Part shown: one piece after another, positions 39,905 to 50,456 of the stretch | Layout of the letters: each line of letters opens with the position of its first letter | Position numbering within the stretch: position 1 is the stretch's first letter | From: Candidatus Latescibacterota bacterium | GTDB lineage: Bacteria; Latescibacterota; UBA2968 | Length of the DNA: 64,000 nt | Direction: 5' to 3' | Assembly (NCBI GenBank): GCA_965207885.1 | Contig: OZ242311.1 | Span: forward strand, 1,088,001 to 1,152,000 | The notes under the pieces: model-generated | The model's input: the letters and a program-made list of their open reading frames with translations, nothing else | What the model was told of the DNA's origin: nothing | Databases searched by the model: none | Translations under genes and position numbers: made by a program

Positions 39905-40621
39905 ATGAAGTTTATAGCAACTGTTTGTTTGTGTTTTGTTCTGGTCTGTCTGTGTGCAGATAGGGGCGAAGCACAGGTTGACGGTACGTGGGGTGTCGGC
40001 GTTGCCCTCGGATACGATAGGCCTGCGTTCAAATTGGGCGAGTGGTATCCTTCGGGCGGCTTTAGTTTCGGCGGTACCTTCGTCTATGTGCTCAACCAGA
40101 ATTGGAGTGCCGAAGTCGATGCGTTCTACGGGGGATATAGCGGTGGTGAACTCGAGAGTCGCACCTTTCTCTGGTCTATTGATGGCAACGAGTACAATAG
40201 CCCAAATGCCAGCTCCGAGATGGTGTGGGGCGGTGGTATGATTAACTATTTGTGGCATATCAATGGGAGCGGTGCCAGGTTGGCGCAGGGCGGCGGAAGT
40301 TCGCCGTATCTCATGGTTGGAACGGGGTTCACATTTGTGGAGAATAAGATCAGTGGCCTGATCTTTCCGGGGCAAAGAAGCCAGCCGCTGGATGAATCGC
40401 TCGTGCTGGAGGCAGTCTCGGATCGACGCGTTGCGCTGGGTTTCAATCTGGGTGGCGGCCTGGAATTTTACGCCTCATCTTCTCTGGCGATAGACGTGCG
40501 TGGGCAGTACAAATTGGTCATCAGCCGCGTGCGGCCAATGGAAGCGTGGGGTCTGACAGAGGCATATCCTTTACAGAAGCTCAGTTTTGATGCGAGGATC
40601 AAGTTTTTCTTTTCTAACTGA
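39905..40621 (+). CDS. Small outer-membrane beta-barrel protein, copy 2
   Basis: Paralog of 7987-8700 (GTWG.GVA, EW.PSGG, RTFLWSID, RP.EAWG). Confidence 0.75.
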   Translation: MKFIATVCLCFVLVCLCADRGEAQVDGTWGVGVALGYDRPAFKLGEWYPSGGFSFGGTFVYVLNQNWSAEVDAFYGGYSGGELESRTFLWSIDGNEYNSPNASSEMVWGGGMINYLWHINGSGARLAQGGGSSPYLMVGTGFTFVENKISGLIFPGQRSQPLDESLVLEAVSDRRVALGFNLGGGLEFYASSSLAIDVRGQYKLVISRVRPMEAWGLTEAYPLQKLSFDARIKFFFSN

Positions 40622-40642
40622 GCAATTCGAAAGGGACTTAGA

Positions 40643-43600
40643 ATGAATAAAATTATTGGGCTAATCCTGGTCGGGGCACTGTGCTGGCCCGCAATGAGTG
40701 AGGCGGGGTCGGTGGGGAAAATCAGTGGGACTGTGCGGGATGCACGCGGTGAACCGTTGCCAGGTGCGAATGTGGTGGTGCAGGGTACGCGAAGAGGTGC
40801 TACCACGGATTCAGAAGGCTATTTTTTGATCCTGGCCATAGAGCCGGGCGAATATCAGATGGAAGCGACGATGGTCGGTTATGCGCCGAGGGTGAATAAC
40901 GCGGTTGTGGTGCGCGCAGACTTTACGACCACGATTGACTTTCAGCTCGAGGAGACGACTCTTCAGGCTGCTGAAATGCTGGTGGTTGCAGAACGCCCGC
41001 CCGTGGAGCCTGACCGCACGACGAGTCGCTATATTATCGATGTTGTCGATATCAACCGCGTGCCGCTCGCACGCACTGCCGAAGACCTGATCGAACTTTC
41101 TCCGGGTGTGTCTTTAGACGGCAATCTCCGCATTCGCGGCAGCAATGTCGTCGGGAGCGGAGGTCAAAGGCTAAACGAGACATTTGTAGAAGTAGATGGG
41201 ATTAAACTGGTCAATAACGACGGCTTTTCGACGCCGAACTTCATGGGTATCAACAAGTCTGCGCTTCAGGAAGTGCAGGTGGTTGTGGGGGGGATGGACG
41301 CGGAATACGGCAATGCACAGGGTGGTGTTATCAGCCTGATCACGCGGGAGAGCAGGGATAAGTTTGGCGGGTTGGGCGAGTACCGATTGACGCTGCCGGG
41401 CAAAAAGCACTGGGGATCCAATGTTTACGATAGTGCTATCCACGAGGGACAGGCCGACTTTAGCGACCCGACTTTTGCGAGTGAGATTGACTCTCGAACC
41501 AATCAACCGGCGCACCAGCAGACCGACTACACGGATGTTTGGGGACATTTTCGGGAAGGGTCATTTTCTGGTCCCATTAGCGAGGATACCGGTTTTTTTC
41601 TTTCGTTGACGAATAGTCGGCAGGCGCCTTTATATCCCGATATCGATAATGGCGAGCCGTTCAATATCCAGCTTTCGGGCAATGTCACCTATCGGTTGGG
41701 GAATAATACGAAGGTGAAAGTGGGTAGCGTGTACGGTTATTACAAGGGCTATAATTTCGCTCGGATCTTTAACGATGGAACAGGTGGTACCTCTGCGATT
41801 CCAGAGGGTGCGGCGCGGTCGCTTCAGAATGCCACGGAGGGGAAGAATATCTTTGTACCCGGCGGCTTCGCCGGTGTTGGCGAGGGAAACGAAACGGAAA
41901 ATGTGCTTTACGCTGTGCTGACGCATACGATTTCTTCCAAGACTTTTTACGAACTTCGGATTTCCCATCAGCGGTCGATGGTTGACACGAGTGGCGTCCC
42001 CGCGACTACCGAAGCGATTCGGCGTTCCAGTGCCGGATTTTACCTGCCTCGGGACGTTCATTCCTTTGATTATTACCGCAGAAATCGCTGGCTGCTAAAA
42101 GGCGATCTGACCAGTCAGATCACCAGGGGACATCTGGTCAAAGGTGGCTTTGAACTGACCCGTTTTAGCATTTATCAGCACGAGGAGGTCTTTCCCGATC
42201 CCAAGATTCGGCAGATCCGCCTGGTGGGCAAGGGAGATCCGATTCTCGGGATGGAACCGTTCACGCCGCTTCAATACGCGTTCTATTTGCAGGACAAAAT
42301 GGAGTTTGAGGGGCTGGTGGTCAATGCTGGCGTGCGATTCGACGCGGTGGATCCGGGCGAGGCCTGGGGCTATGCCGGGGAGAAAATACTGTGGCATCAC
42401 TACAGTTCTCTGACGCGCTGGCGAAATGTCCCCCTGGAAGATTCCCCGCTCAATACGGCGTGGAGCACCCGGCTGGGTATCTCGCATCCTATCACCGCTC
42501 GCGCCAGCATCCGCTTCTTCACCGGAACCTTTCACCAGTTTAACGATATGCAGTGGTTTTATACGCGGTTCTTCCGTTCTTCTGTTCCGGACAAAGACCT
42601 GAATGGCAATGGCGTGATCGACCAGCATGAGATCTTCAATTCTCTGGCGCACTCGCTGGCCGGTAAATTTGGGTCCGTCTCGACCGATCCGGTACGCACC
42701 ACCAGTTTTGAGGTGGGCGTTGATTGGAATTTTGCGGGCGATTATATTGCCAGCGTGACCGCATTTTACAAAGATCAGGAAGGGCAGATTAACGGGCAAT
42801 CCGCCCATATGGAAGACCCCGCTTATGGATCTGTCTCCACTTATGCAAGTGGGATCACGAATAAGGGTTTTCTGACGTCCAGGGGTTTTGAGATCTCGTT
42901 TAAGAAGATGTTCACGCGCATGACGTCGTTTAATCTGTCCTACAATTTGCAATGGGTAAAGTCGTTTGAGGGTGGGAAGAGAGCCGCGAAGTGGTTCTAT
43001 GTGCCCGATGCGACCTGGGTGAACAGCGATAAGTTTTTCAGTGGTATTGAAGTCGAATCCAATGGTCAGGAGATGCCCATAGTTCCAGATGCGGCAGCGC
43101 GGGCTGCATTCGCCGAAAAGGCGGACCAGATCATGCAGAAGTGGATTGATCAGGTTGGGTCTATCTCAACGGGTAGAATTTTTGAACCGCCGACCGAGAT
43201 TGAACCCGGGCTGTGGTTATTTTCCAATACGAGTTATGGGATTCCGACGCTGCGAAGCGGTATTGACCGCAGAAATTACGCCACGGCGCAATTTCTCTTT
43301 TCGGCTCCGCCAGACTTTCATTTCAGTCCCCTGGCCGGTTTTCGGGTGACGATGATTTACCGCGTGCAGAGCGGTACCCCCTGGTGGTATGCGCCGCCAG
43401 AGGGTGGGCAGGTACGCCGAAATGCTCCGATTTCGACGGTTACAGATATGAACTTCGAGAAGGAGTTTCAATTCGGCACTTCGACAACGGCAACTGGATT
43501 TCTGGAAATACGCAATATCTGGAACCAGAAAGACGATATGACGACCGGTTTTAACTCGGTTCAATACGGATTGACATTGCCCTCGCCCACTGACAAGGTC

Positions 43601-43696
43601 TATCAGACGCACGGCGATACGGATGAGCTGACCCGATATAATCGCGGTCTCGGTTTGCCCCGATCGATAGTATTTGGTGCGCGTTTGAAATTTTAA
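40643..43696 (+). CDS. TonB-dependent receptor, copy 2
   Basis: Same architecture as 8750-11863; GGMDAEYGNAQGGVI; terminal GARLKF. Confidence 0.9.
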   Translation: MNKIIGLILVGALCWPAMSEAGSVGKISGTVRDARGEPLPGANVVVQGTRRGATTDSEGYFLILAIEPGEYQMEATMVGYAPRVNNAVVVRADFTTTIDFQLEETTLQAAEMLVVAERPPVEPDRTTSRYIIDVVDINRVPLARTAEDLIELSPGVSLDGNLRIRGSNVVGSGGQRLNETFVEVDGIKLVNNDGFSTPNFMGINKSALQEVQVVVGGMDAEYGNAQGGVISLITRESRDKFGGLGEYRLTLPGKKHWGSNVYDSAIHEGQADFSDPTFASEIDSRTNQPAHQQTDYTDVWGHFREGSFSGPISEDTGFFLSLTNSRQAPLYPDIDNGEPFNIQLSGNVTYRLGNNTKVKVGSVYGYYKGYNFARIFNDGTGGTSAIPEGAARSLQNATEGKNIFVPGGFAGVGEGNETENVLYAVLTHTISSKTFYELRISHQRSMVDTSGVPATTEAIRRSSAGFYLPRDVHSFDYYRRNRWLLKGDLTSQITRGHLVKGGFELTRFSIYQHEEVFPDPKIRQIRLVGKGDPILGMEPFTPLQYAFYLQDKMEFEGLVVNAGVRFDAVDPGEAWGYAGEKILWHHYSSLTRWRNVPLEDSPLNTAWSTRLGISHPITARASIRFFTGTFHQFNDMQWFYTRFFRSSVPDKDLNGNGVIDQHEIFNSLAHSLAGKFGSVSTDPVRTTSFEVGVDWNFAGDYIASVTAFYKDQEGQINGQSAHMEDPAYGSVSTYASGITNKGFLTSRGFEISFKKMFTRMTSFNLSYNLQWVKSFEGGKRAAKWFYVPDATWVNSDKFFSGIEVESNGQEMPIVPDAAARAAFAEKADQIMQKWIDQVGSISTGRIFEPPTEIEPGLWLFSNTSYGIPTLRSGIDRRNYATAQFLFSAPPDFHFSPLAGFRVTMIYRVQSGTPWWYAPPEGGQVRRNAPISTVTDMNFEKEFQFGTSTTATGFLEIRNIWNQKDDMTTGFNSVQYGLTLPSPTDKVYQTHGDTDELTRYNRGLGLPRSIVFGARLKF

Positions 43697-43715
43697 TTTT
43701 TCTCTGGAGGAAAGC

Positions 43716-46058
43716 ATGTTCAACACGCAATTTAACTGGCGGCTGGGTCTTTTGCTGTTGCTGATTGGCGTGCAATCCGTCCCCGCTGCAGAGGTGGTTT
43801 ACGGCACGGCGCGTCACACGACCCGGGCGCAGGTTTGGACTTCGTTTACCAGTGCCGGCACGCAGGGGATGCACTACGATATTTCGGCGACCCGAATTAT
43901 GATGCGGATGAATTACCCGGGTGGCGTCAATGCGATGCAGATCGGAATGACTCCGCCGGAATTTATCGACTACTGGGGCGAGAAGTCGTGGCCCGTGTAC
44001 GCACAGAAAACAGAATCCCACTCAAATTCCGCGGGTGAAGGGGTGCTCGTTCTGACCAATGTGGATGGGGAGAAGTGGGTATCTGCTACGGGGCCGCGCA
44101 AGCCGACCGAAGATGTGCTGCCGCTGATTTACGATATTAAAAATATGCCTGAGGTAGATTGGGGTCTCGAATCGAGAGTACCCACACGGGGCGTCAGGGT
44201 TGGCGATCTCATGGTAAATTATTACAAGGGTGCGCCGGCATTGACGGGAGACCCGGTGAGTACATCGCCTTATGAAATCCACAACTACGGGTACGGGGTC
44301 TATCCCCCTGTTCAGAACGCGCCCGAAGAGGTGATCATCTCGCAGTGGACGACCAGACACAATCTCGTGGTGACCCGAAAGGCATATACGTGGAGCCATC
44401 AGGATTTTGACGATTTCTTTATTCTGGAGTTGGAATTTGAAAATAGGGGAAGCAAACAGCTCAACGATACGTACTTCGGGTTTTTGAACGCCTTCTATGT
44501 CAGCAATGCCGGCACGGCTTATCGCTGGGGGCACGAAGGCGGAAAGATTACTTATGCCCGCGCGGGTGGCCGCGACGATTGGTATCGCTCCAGCATTGCG
44601 TCCAATTTCCAGCCCAATTCTCTGAGCGGTTTGACTGCCAATGACTTTGACGGGAAATACATCAATTATCAGTGGGATGGCAATGCGGTGGAAAGCAATG
44701 AAGAGGATACGGGAGATCCCTTCTATAAAGATCTCGAATCTGTGGGATCGGCACGGGGATTCCCGGGAAGTTCTGCTCGGCCCGAAGGTATGCCGATTTC
44801 CCCACAGTATATGGGGGTGGCACCGCTGGCATTTCGCAATTCTGGCGCAAGCCATGTGTTCAATGCCTCAGATCGGGCAGCGGGCTATGTGAATCCCGAA
44901 GGCGAAACGCCCATTCTGGCACACTGGTGGGAAGCTACTGCTCGAAAGAAGATCCAGGATCCGCTGCGCGGTGTGTTGAGTCCTGCGGAGATCTACGATG
45001 CATTTACTTCGCCGTCACACGACAATCCGGCGGAAGTGGGCGTGGGTTGGAATGATCAGGTCTATGGCCCGTACAATCTCGCACCTGGTGACAAGGCCAA
45101 AATTGTGCTGGTATATGTGCTGGGCACTGCCGCAGATTTTGATACCCATCCGAGTACGGGTCACTCCAGAGATATGATTACGTGGGGTTGGAATTATGGG
45201 GTTGTAGATGACAATACTCGCAAGTCGGCACTGGCGCAGGGCGAGAGGGCGATGTTACAAAATTTGTCGCACGCGCAGTTTGCTTATGACAATGCGTATG
45301 ACATCCCCGATTCGCCGCCCGATGTCGAATTCAATATTCGAGGCGATGAAACCGCGCAGATGGAGGTGTCGTGGACGAATGCTGTGGAGACGGCGGTGCA
45401 CCCCGATTTCGGCGTGCCCAATGTCGCGAGCTATCGCATTTACCGCTCCACATGGCAGGAATACGGTCCCTGGGAACTCGTGGGTGAGATTCCGGCGACG
45501 GGTGCAAATACCTATGCGTGGTCCGATGATAATTCTCTGGCGGGCTTTCTCTATATCTACAATGTTCGCGCTGTGGCCAAGCCGCAGCAGAGCTGGAGCA
45601 AGGGGACGAAAACCCTTGCCGATTTGCCGCCAGTGGTTCGGGAACACGTGCTCAATGGGATAGAAGGCGGATGGTCGGCGCCAGAACAGCGGATGATTGC
45701 TCCCAGAAGTCCGACAATGGCTTCTTCCGTTGTCGCCGACAATTTGGAGCAACAGATACTGGTTGTCCCAAATCCATTTAGTCTGGCAGAGTCGCTACAG
45801 AATTATCAAAATACCAAAAAGCTGCGGTTTGTAGGCGTGCCCAGAAAATGCACCATTTCGATCTTTTCAATATCGGGGGATCGGGTGGGTGTAATTGAGC
45901 ACGACGATCCAAATTCCGGCGAGGCGATCTGGGAGTTGAGAGACCGTTTCATAACCGGCGAGGTCACATCGGGCGTCTATATTTTTACCGTAGAGTCCAA
46001 AGTTCAAGGGGCCAGTTCTGGCAAAGTCCAGCGCGGGCTTTTCGTGATCCACCGGTAA
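43716..46058 (+). CDS. Secreted 780-aa protein with FN3-like domain and T9SS-CTD/FlgD-like C-terminus, copy 2 (intact)
   Basis: Signal peptide; PDSPPD..VSW..YRIYRS; VVPNPF..LRFVGVP..TISIFSISGD..W.L....VTSGVYIF.VES. Confidence 0.8.
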   Translation: MFNTQFNWRLGLLLLLIGVQSVPAAEVVYGTARHTTRAQVWTSFTSAGTQGMHYDISATRIMMRMNYPGGVNAMQIGMTPPEFIDYWGEKSWPVYAQKTESHSNSAGEGVLVLTNVDGEKWVSATGPRKPTEDVLPLIYDIKNMPEVDWGLESRVPTRGVRVGDLMVNYYKGAPALTGDPVSTSPYEIHNYGYGVYPPVQNAPEEVIISQWTTRHNLVVTRKAYTWSHQDFDDFFILELEFENRGSKQLNDTYFGFLNAFYVSNAGTAYRWGHEGGKITYARAGGRDDWYRSSIASNFQPNSLSGLTANDFDGKYINYQWDGNAVESNEEDTGDPFYKDLESVGSARGFPGSSARPEGMPISPQYMGVAPLAFRNSGASHVFNASDRAAGYVNPEGETPILAHWWEATARKKIQDPLRGVLSPAEIYDAFTSPSHDNPAEVGVGWNDQVYGPYNLAPGDKAKIVLVYVLGTAADFDTHPSTGHSRDMITWGWNYGVVDDNTRKSALAQGERAMLQNLSHAQFAYDNAYDIPDSPPDVEFNIRGDETAQMEVSWTNAVETAVHPDFGVPNVASYRIYRSTWQEYGPWELVGEIPATGANTYAWSDDNSLAGFLYIYNVRAVAKPQQSWSKGTKTLADLPPVVREHVLNGIEGGWSAPEQRMIAPRSPTMASSVVADNLEQQILVVPNPFSLAESLQNYQNTKKLRFVGVPRKCTISIFSISGDRVGVIEHDDPNSGEAIWELRDRFITGEVTSGVYIFTVESKVQGASSGKVQRGLFVIHR

Positions 46059-46100
46059 GTATTCGGCCATTTGTTTCACACTTTTTGAAAAGGATAGATA

Positions 46101-47081
46101 ATGATGAAACGGTTCACAGGCTGTGTAGTGCTCGTTTTCGGCATTCTCGGCTTCGCATTGTCGGGACATGCCCAGGTGAGACCGACAGATACCCTTGAAA
46201 GTACAGAGAATTACGAGAAGCAGGGACCTTCCACGTTTACATTTTTGAAGGTGACGCCCACGGCGCGCGCCGCGTCTATGGGTGATGCTTATACCTCTGT
46301 TGCCGAGGGTATTGAAGCGATCTATTGGAATGCGGCGGGGATTGCGAAGGTTCCCAGGCTGGGATATTCTTTCGGGTATATTCAGTGGTTGGCAGATACC
46401 AAATTCTATTCCGGTGCTGTTGCCGCCAATATGAGATGGAGTACTGTGGTCGGGGTTTCGGTGGTGACTTTTCAAACGCCCGAAATTATCGAGACGACGA
46501 CTTTACAACCCACGGGTACGGGCAATATGGTAAATACAGGCGATACTGCGATCGGGTTGTCGGTTGCGCGGCAGATGACCAACAAGCTTTCGGCTGGTCT
46601 GACCCTTCGCTATATTCAATCTACCCTTGGGGCAGAGAAATTACAGGCTTTGAGCCTGAGCGTGGGTACGCTTTTGCACACCGGGTTCAAGAGTTTTCGC
46701 ATTGGGATGAGTATGAAGAATCTGGGCGGCGAACAGCAGATTGTTACGGAGAAATCTTCTATGCCGACCGTGTTTCACGTTGGCGGCTCGATGGAGGTAC
46801 TGGGTGAGTTGGGCGATCCCTATTCTTTGACCGGGTCACTCGAAGGCGCTTATTTCACCGATCGGTGGCAACGTTATAATCTGGGTGCAGAGCTTTGGGT
46901 TATGAACACGGTTGCCCTGCGCGCCGGGTACAAGTTCCGATACGACGAAGAGTCCTGGAGCATTGGTGCGGGCCTGAAGGGTACATTTTCAGGCCGAAGC
47001 ATCCATGTAGATGTTTCGTATTCAGATTTCGGGCCTTTGCTGAATACGCCGCTTCGGGTAAGTTTGTCCGGGACGTTTTGA
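46101..47081 (+). CDS. PorV/PorQ (UPF0164)-family protein, copy 2
   Basis: FLKVTPTARAASMGDAY..AIYWNAAG; terminal Phe. Confidence 0.85.
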   Translation: MMKRFTGCVVLVFGILGFALSGHAQVRPTDTLESTENYEKQGPSTFTFLKVTPTARAASMGDAYTSVAEGIEAIYWNAAGIAKVPRLGYSFGYIQWLADTKFYSGAVAANMRWSTVVGVSVVTFQTPEIIETTTLQPTGTGNMVNTGDTAIGLSVARQMTNKLSAGLTLRYIQSTLGAEKLQALSLSVGTLLHTGFKSFRIGMSMKNLGGEQQIVTEKSSMPTVFHVGGSMEVLGELGDPYSLTGSLEGAYFTDRWQRYNLGAELWVMNTVALRAGYKFRYDEESWSIGAGLKGTFSGRSIHVDVSYSDFGPLLNTPLRVSLSGTF

Positions 47082-47114
47082 GAAGGGGAGGGTGAGAACC
47101 CTACCCCAGTATAT

Positions 47115-47159
47115 CAGGCCATCAACCGTTATTTATTGCGGCTGATGGCCTGTTTTTTT
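47115..47159 (+). terminator. Intrinsic terminator after operon 2
   Basis: CAGGCCATCAACCG...CGGCTGATGGCCTG followed by T7. Confidence 0.7.
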
Positions 47160-48759
47160 ATTTCGGTTCGACGAATATCTCTACTTCGTCGATTACAATT
47201 GTGGGGGATGTGGCTTTGGGGTCGCTTTTGGTGAGTGTGATGGATAGGCGGTTGTCGCCGCGTTCGACGAGCGGGTCCGATAGGACAAACCAGCGTGTGG
47301 AAAAGACGGGTTTTTCCGCGAGTGCGCGAAATTCGATCCGCCCGCCCTGTGCGGTACAGGGTATGTTTCTGCCGTCTTTTTCCCGTGTCGAATCTACGGT
47401 TGTGACGCGATCAGAAGATGCGGTCCGTCCGATGGCTTCGTCGGGGATGGTATGGCCGTTGAGGCGTACGTCGAGTTCATCGATCCCGGTCAGGCCGAAT
47501 CCCCGAAAGAGGAGTGTCGCGCAATGTGCGTGTTGCAGGTTTTCGAAGAGTTGAAAGCGAAATTCACCCGTGGGACGCTGTTCGTTGCGCGATAGTCGAA
47601 GTTGTTGTGCGTTGATTACGCCTGTGCTGCGTCTGCCATTGGCTCCAAAACCGCTGAATCCGTCCCAGGTGGGATCGAAGATGTAGTGCCGTTCGCCGCG
47701 CGCGACGCGCTCGGGGTCGCGGAGCTGGTGGAAGACTTGCATGCCCTGGGGGTAAAAAGGCGGCTGCCACACGGAGGGCACAAAATGGTTGTAGATCGAT
47801 ATGCCATTTGCACCTGCGCCGTACATGGTGTGCGCGAGTGCGCGACAGGTGGCGTGGCTTAAGGGGATGCGTCCGAGGCGGTAGCGCGCGCGGTAGCTGT
47901 TCCACGGTAGCAGGCCGGGGTAGAGTAGGCACGCTGTTTCCCGAGTTAGTGCCGCCCATTCCGAATAGGGCAAATTGTGGTCGGCATACATTGTGTCTTG
48001 CGGGCTGATGTAGTCGAGCAATTCATTCTGGATCCAATTGCAAATGTCCAGGCCCTGGCTCGCGCATTCTGCCGGCGTTGCGTAGATGCGGGCGCCGAGC
48101 ATGAGTTTTTTGCCGGTTTCTTTGCCGCGTTCATTCAGTCGCGTGCGGATCTTTTGGATGAGATCTGTCATGAGGTGTGCGCGTTCGGCAGCATGGTGCG
48201 GGGGGAAGTAAGCCGTGTCCCGAAAGCACAGTTCTATGCCGTCAATGTCAAATCCGCAGGCGACTTCTTCTACGACGCCATAGGTGAATTCTCGGACTTC
48301 TCGATGTGTGAAGTCGAGTGCTTCTGGTTCCTGGTAGTTCTGTCCGGGGCGCGGGTCGTGTAATCTCAGATGCGGATTGGATTCAATATATTCGGCAATG
48401 CCAACGCCCTGTTTGCGGTTGTGTGCGGCATGGCCGTCGTTCATGCGGAAGCCAGCGATAAATTGCATGCTGCGCCGGTGCGATTGGTCGATGAGGATGT
48501 CCAGTGGTTGTGTGCCCGCTTCGATCAATGGTCTGAATCGCTGGTGCTGAGGGCGCTGGTCGTATTCATAGTGTTCGGATTGCCAGTAGGCCGTCCATCC
48601 TTGAGAGAATACCTCCTGATTGAATATATCTATTCCACTGTCCGCGAGTATATCCACCCATTTGCGCAGGTCTGCTTCTCTTACTGGATCGGGCAACACC
48701 GTGCGTGCGATCGTGGATGGGTCGCTCACATAGAGGATCCGATGGGCTGTTTCTGTCAT
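47158..48759 (-). CDS. Glycoside hydrolase-like 10 (DUF187-like) protein
   Basis: FRMNDGH, LDFT..EVR, FDIDGIEL.F, GANGISIYN. Confidence 0.65.
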   Translation of the reverse strand: MTETAHRILYVSDPSTIARTVLPDPVREADLRKWVDILADSGIDIFNQEVFSQGWTAYWQSEHYEYDQRPQHQRFRPLIEAGTQPLDILIDQSHRRSMQFIAGFRMNDGHAAHNRKQGVGIAEYIESNPHLRLHDPRPGQNYQEPEALDFTHREVREFTYGVVEEVACGFDIDGIELCFRDTAYFPPHHAAERAHLMTDLIQKIRTRLNERGKETGKKLMLGARIYATPAECASQGLDICNWIQNELLDYISPQDTMYADHNLPYSEWAALTRETACLLYPGLLPWNSYRARYRLGRIPLSHATCRALAHTMYGAGANGISIYNHFVPSVWQPPFYPQGMQVFHQLRDPERVARGERHYIFDPTWDGFSGFGANGRRSTGVINAQQLRLSRNEQRPTGEFRFQLFENLQHAHCATLLFRGFGLTGIDELDVRLNGHTIPDEAIGRTASSDRVTTVDSTREKDGRNIPCTAQGGRIEFRALAEKPVFSTRWFVLSDPLVERGDNRLSITLTKSDPKATSPTIVIDEVEIFVEPK

Positions 48760-48780
48760 GTTCCCTCTCCATGCCGAGAA

Positions 48781-50121
48781 TTACTTACTCAGCTGTGCCG
48801 AGACCTCTACAATGGTTTCATGTATTACATCGACAACGTGTTGTACTTCAGATTCGGTGATGGTGAAAGGGGGGCTGATGGCGATATGGTCGCCTTCGAC
48901 ACCATCGACCAGGCCGGGGGCTCCGGGCATGACCAGTACCCCTTTTTCAAAGGCCAGATCCACGATCCTTGCGGTTACCCCTTTTGAGAGGTCGAAGGGG
49001 GCACGCGTGGATTTGTCGGCTACGAATTCGATGCCGATCAGCAGGCCCTTCCCGCGTATGCCCCCGACGATCGGCAGGTTCTGCAGGGGCATGAATTTTT
49101 CCAGCATCAGGTCGCCCATCCGGGCGCAGTTCGATACCAGATCGTGCGTCTGGATGTAGTTTTGCACGGCCAGGGCCGTGGCGCAGGAAAGGGCGTTTCC
49201 GCCATAGGTGTGTCCGTGTACAAAAGAGACGGATTCCCTGTAGATAGCATTGTAGATTTTTTCGTGGACGACGGTTGCGGCAATGGGCGTATAACCGCTA
49301 CTCAATCCTTTCCCGGTCGCCATAATATCGGGGACCACATCCCAGTGTTCGATGCCGAAGTTGCGGCCTGTCCTGCCAAAACCGGTGACGACTTCATCGA
49401 CGATCATCAGGATATTGTGTCGGTCACAGATCTCCCGAATGAGCGGGTAGTAGTCCTGAGGAGGGGTCACTCCGGCGGCGGAGGTGCCGAGGATCGGTTC
49501 GGCGATAAAGGCGGAGATCGACTCGCTCCCCTCCTGTTTGATGACCCGCTCCAGTTCCTCTGCGCAGTGGAGTTGGCATTCCGAGTGGTCCTTACAGTAG
49601 GCGCACCGATAGGGGTAGGGCGGCGGGATATGGGGGAAATTCAGCAGGTAGGGAATATAGTCCTTGCGCCAGGGCGACCGCCCGGACATGGAGAGGGCAC
49701 CAACCGTATTCCCGTGCCAGGCCTGCCACCGGGAGATGACCCTGTACTTTCCGGGATTGCCGGTTGCGATATGGTACTTCCGGGCGATTTTCATGGCCGA
49801 CTCTGTAGCTTCGGACCCTCCGGAAACGAAAAAGACCCGGTTCAGGTCTCCCGGCGTGAAGTCGGCGATCCTGTCCGCCAGGTCGATCTGGGGCTGGGTG
49901 AGGAATCGGGCGTAGGTGAAACAGACCTTCTCCGCCTGTTCTGCCATGACTTCTGCGATCTCTTTGACTCCGTGGCCGATACTGACCACATGCACACCCG
50001 CACAGGCGTCGAGATAGCGCTTTCCTTCCATATCGAACAGGTAAATGCCTTCTCCATGTGATATTTTCGGCCATTCTTTTTTGAGGGTTCTGTGAAAGAT
50101 GTGGTCTTTATGCCGGGGCAT
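48781..50121 (-). CDS. Class III PLP aminotransferase (BioA/omega-amino acid type)
   Basis: SGGSEATE, WHGNT.GALS, FIAEP, DEVVTGFGRTG, PDIMATGKGLSSGY; ATG after AAAGGA. Confidence 0.9.
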   Translation of the reverse strand: MPRHKDHIFHRTLKKEWPKISHGEGIYLFDMEGKRYLDACAGVHVVSIGHGVKEIAEVMAEQAEKVCFTYARFLTQPQIDLADRIADFTPGDLNRVFFVSGGSEATESAMKIARKYHIATGNPGKYRVISRWQAWHGNTVGALSMSGRSPWRKDYIPYLLNFPHIPPPYPYRCAYCKDHSECQLHCAEELERVIKQEGSESISAFIAEPILGTSAAGVTPPQDYYPLIREICDRHNILMIVDEVVTGFGRTGRNFGIEHWDVVPDIMATGKGLSSGYTPIAATVVHEKIYNAIYRESVSFVHGHTYGGNALSCATALAVQNYIQTHDLVSNCARMGDLMLEKFMPLQNLPIVGGIRGKGLLIGIEFVADKSTRAPFDLSKGVTARIVDLAFEKGVLVMPGAPGLVDGVEGDHIAISPPFTITESEVQHVVDVIHETIVEVSAQLSK

Positions 50122-50456
50122 GGTTTTTCCTTTCTTTGTATAAAATTGCCAGGTAGCGAGCAAGATAGCCTTTCGGCACCGGTCCCGCAAGCAATTCGGG
50201 ATCTCTTCCCGCGCACTCACTATTTTGAAACCTTTAGATGTATGGCGTGTATCTAAGATGTAACAAGGGATGGACAGTAATCGAGAAATATGTTCGAGAT
50301 TGTGAAACTTTGTCAATGTTCAATGCGTTTAAGAAAGGTATATAACAATTCATTAAACAATGCTGGGAGGGGGTGACAATCAAAATGGTAACGCCAACTG
50401 TTGTAACAGAATCTCACACCGGGTCGGGTAAAGAGGAACAAGTGGTAGGAGATACA

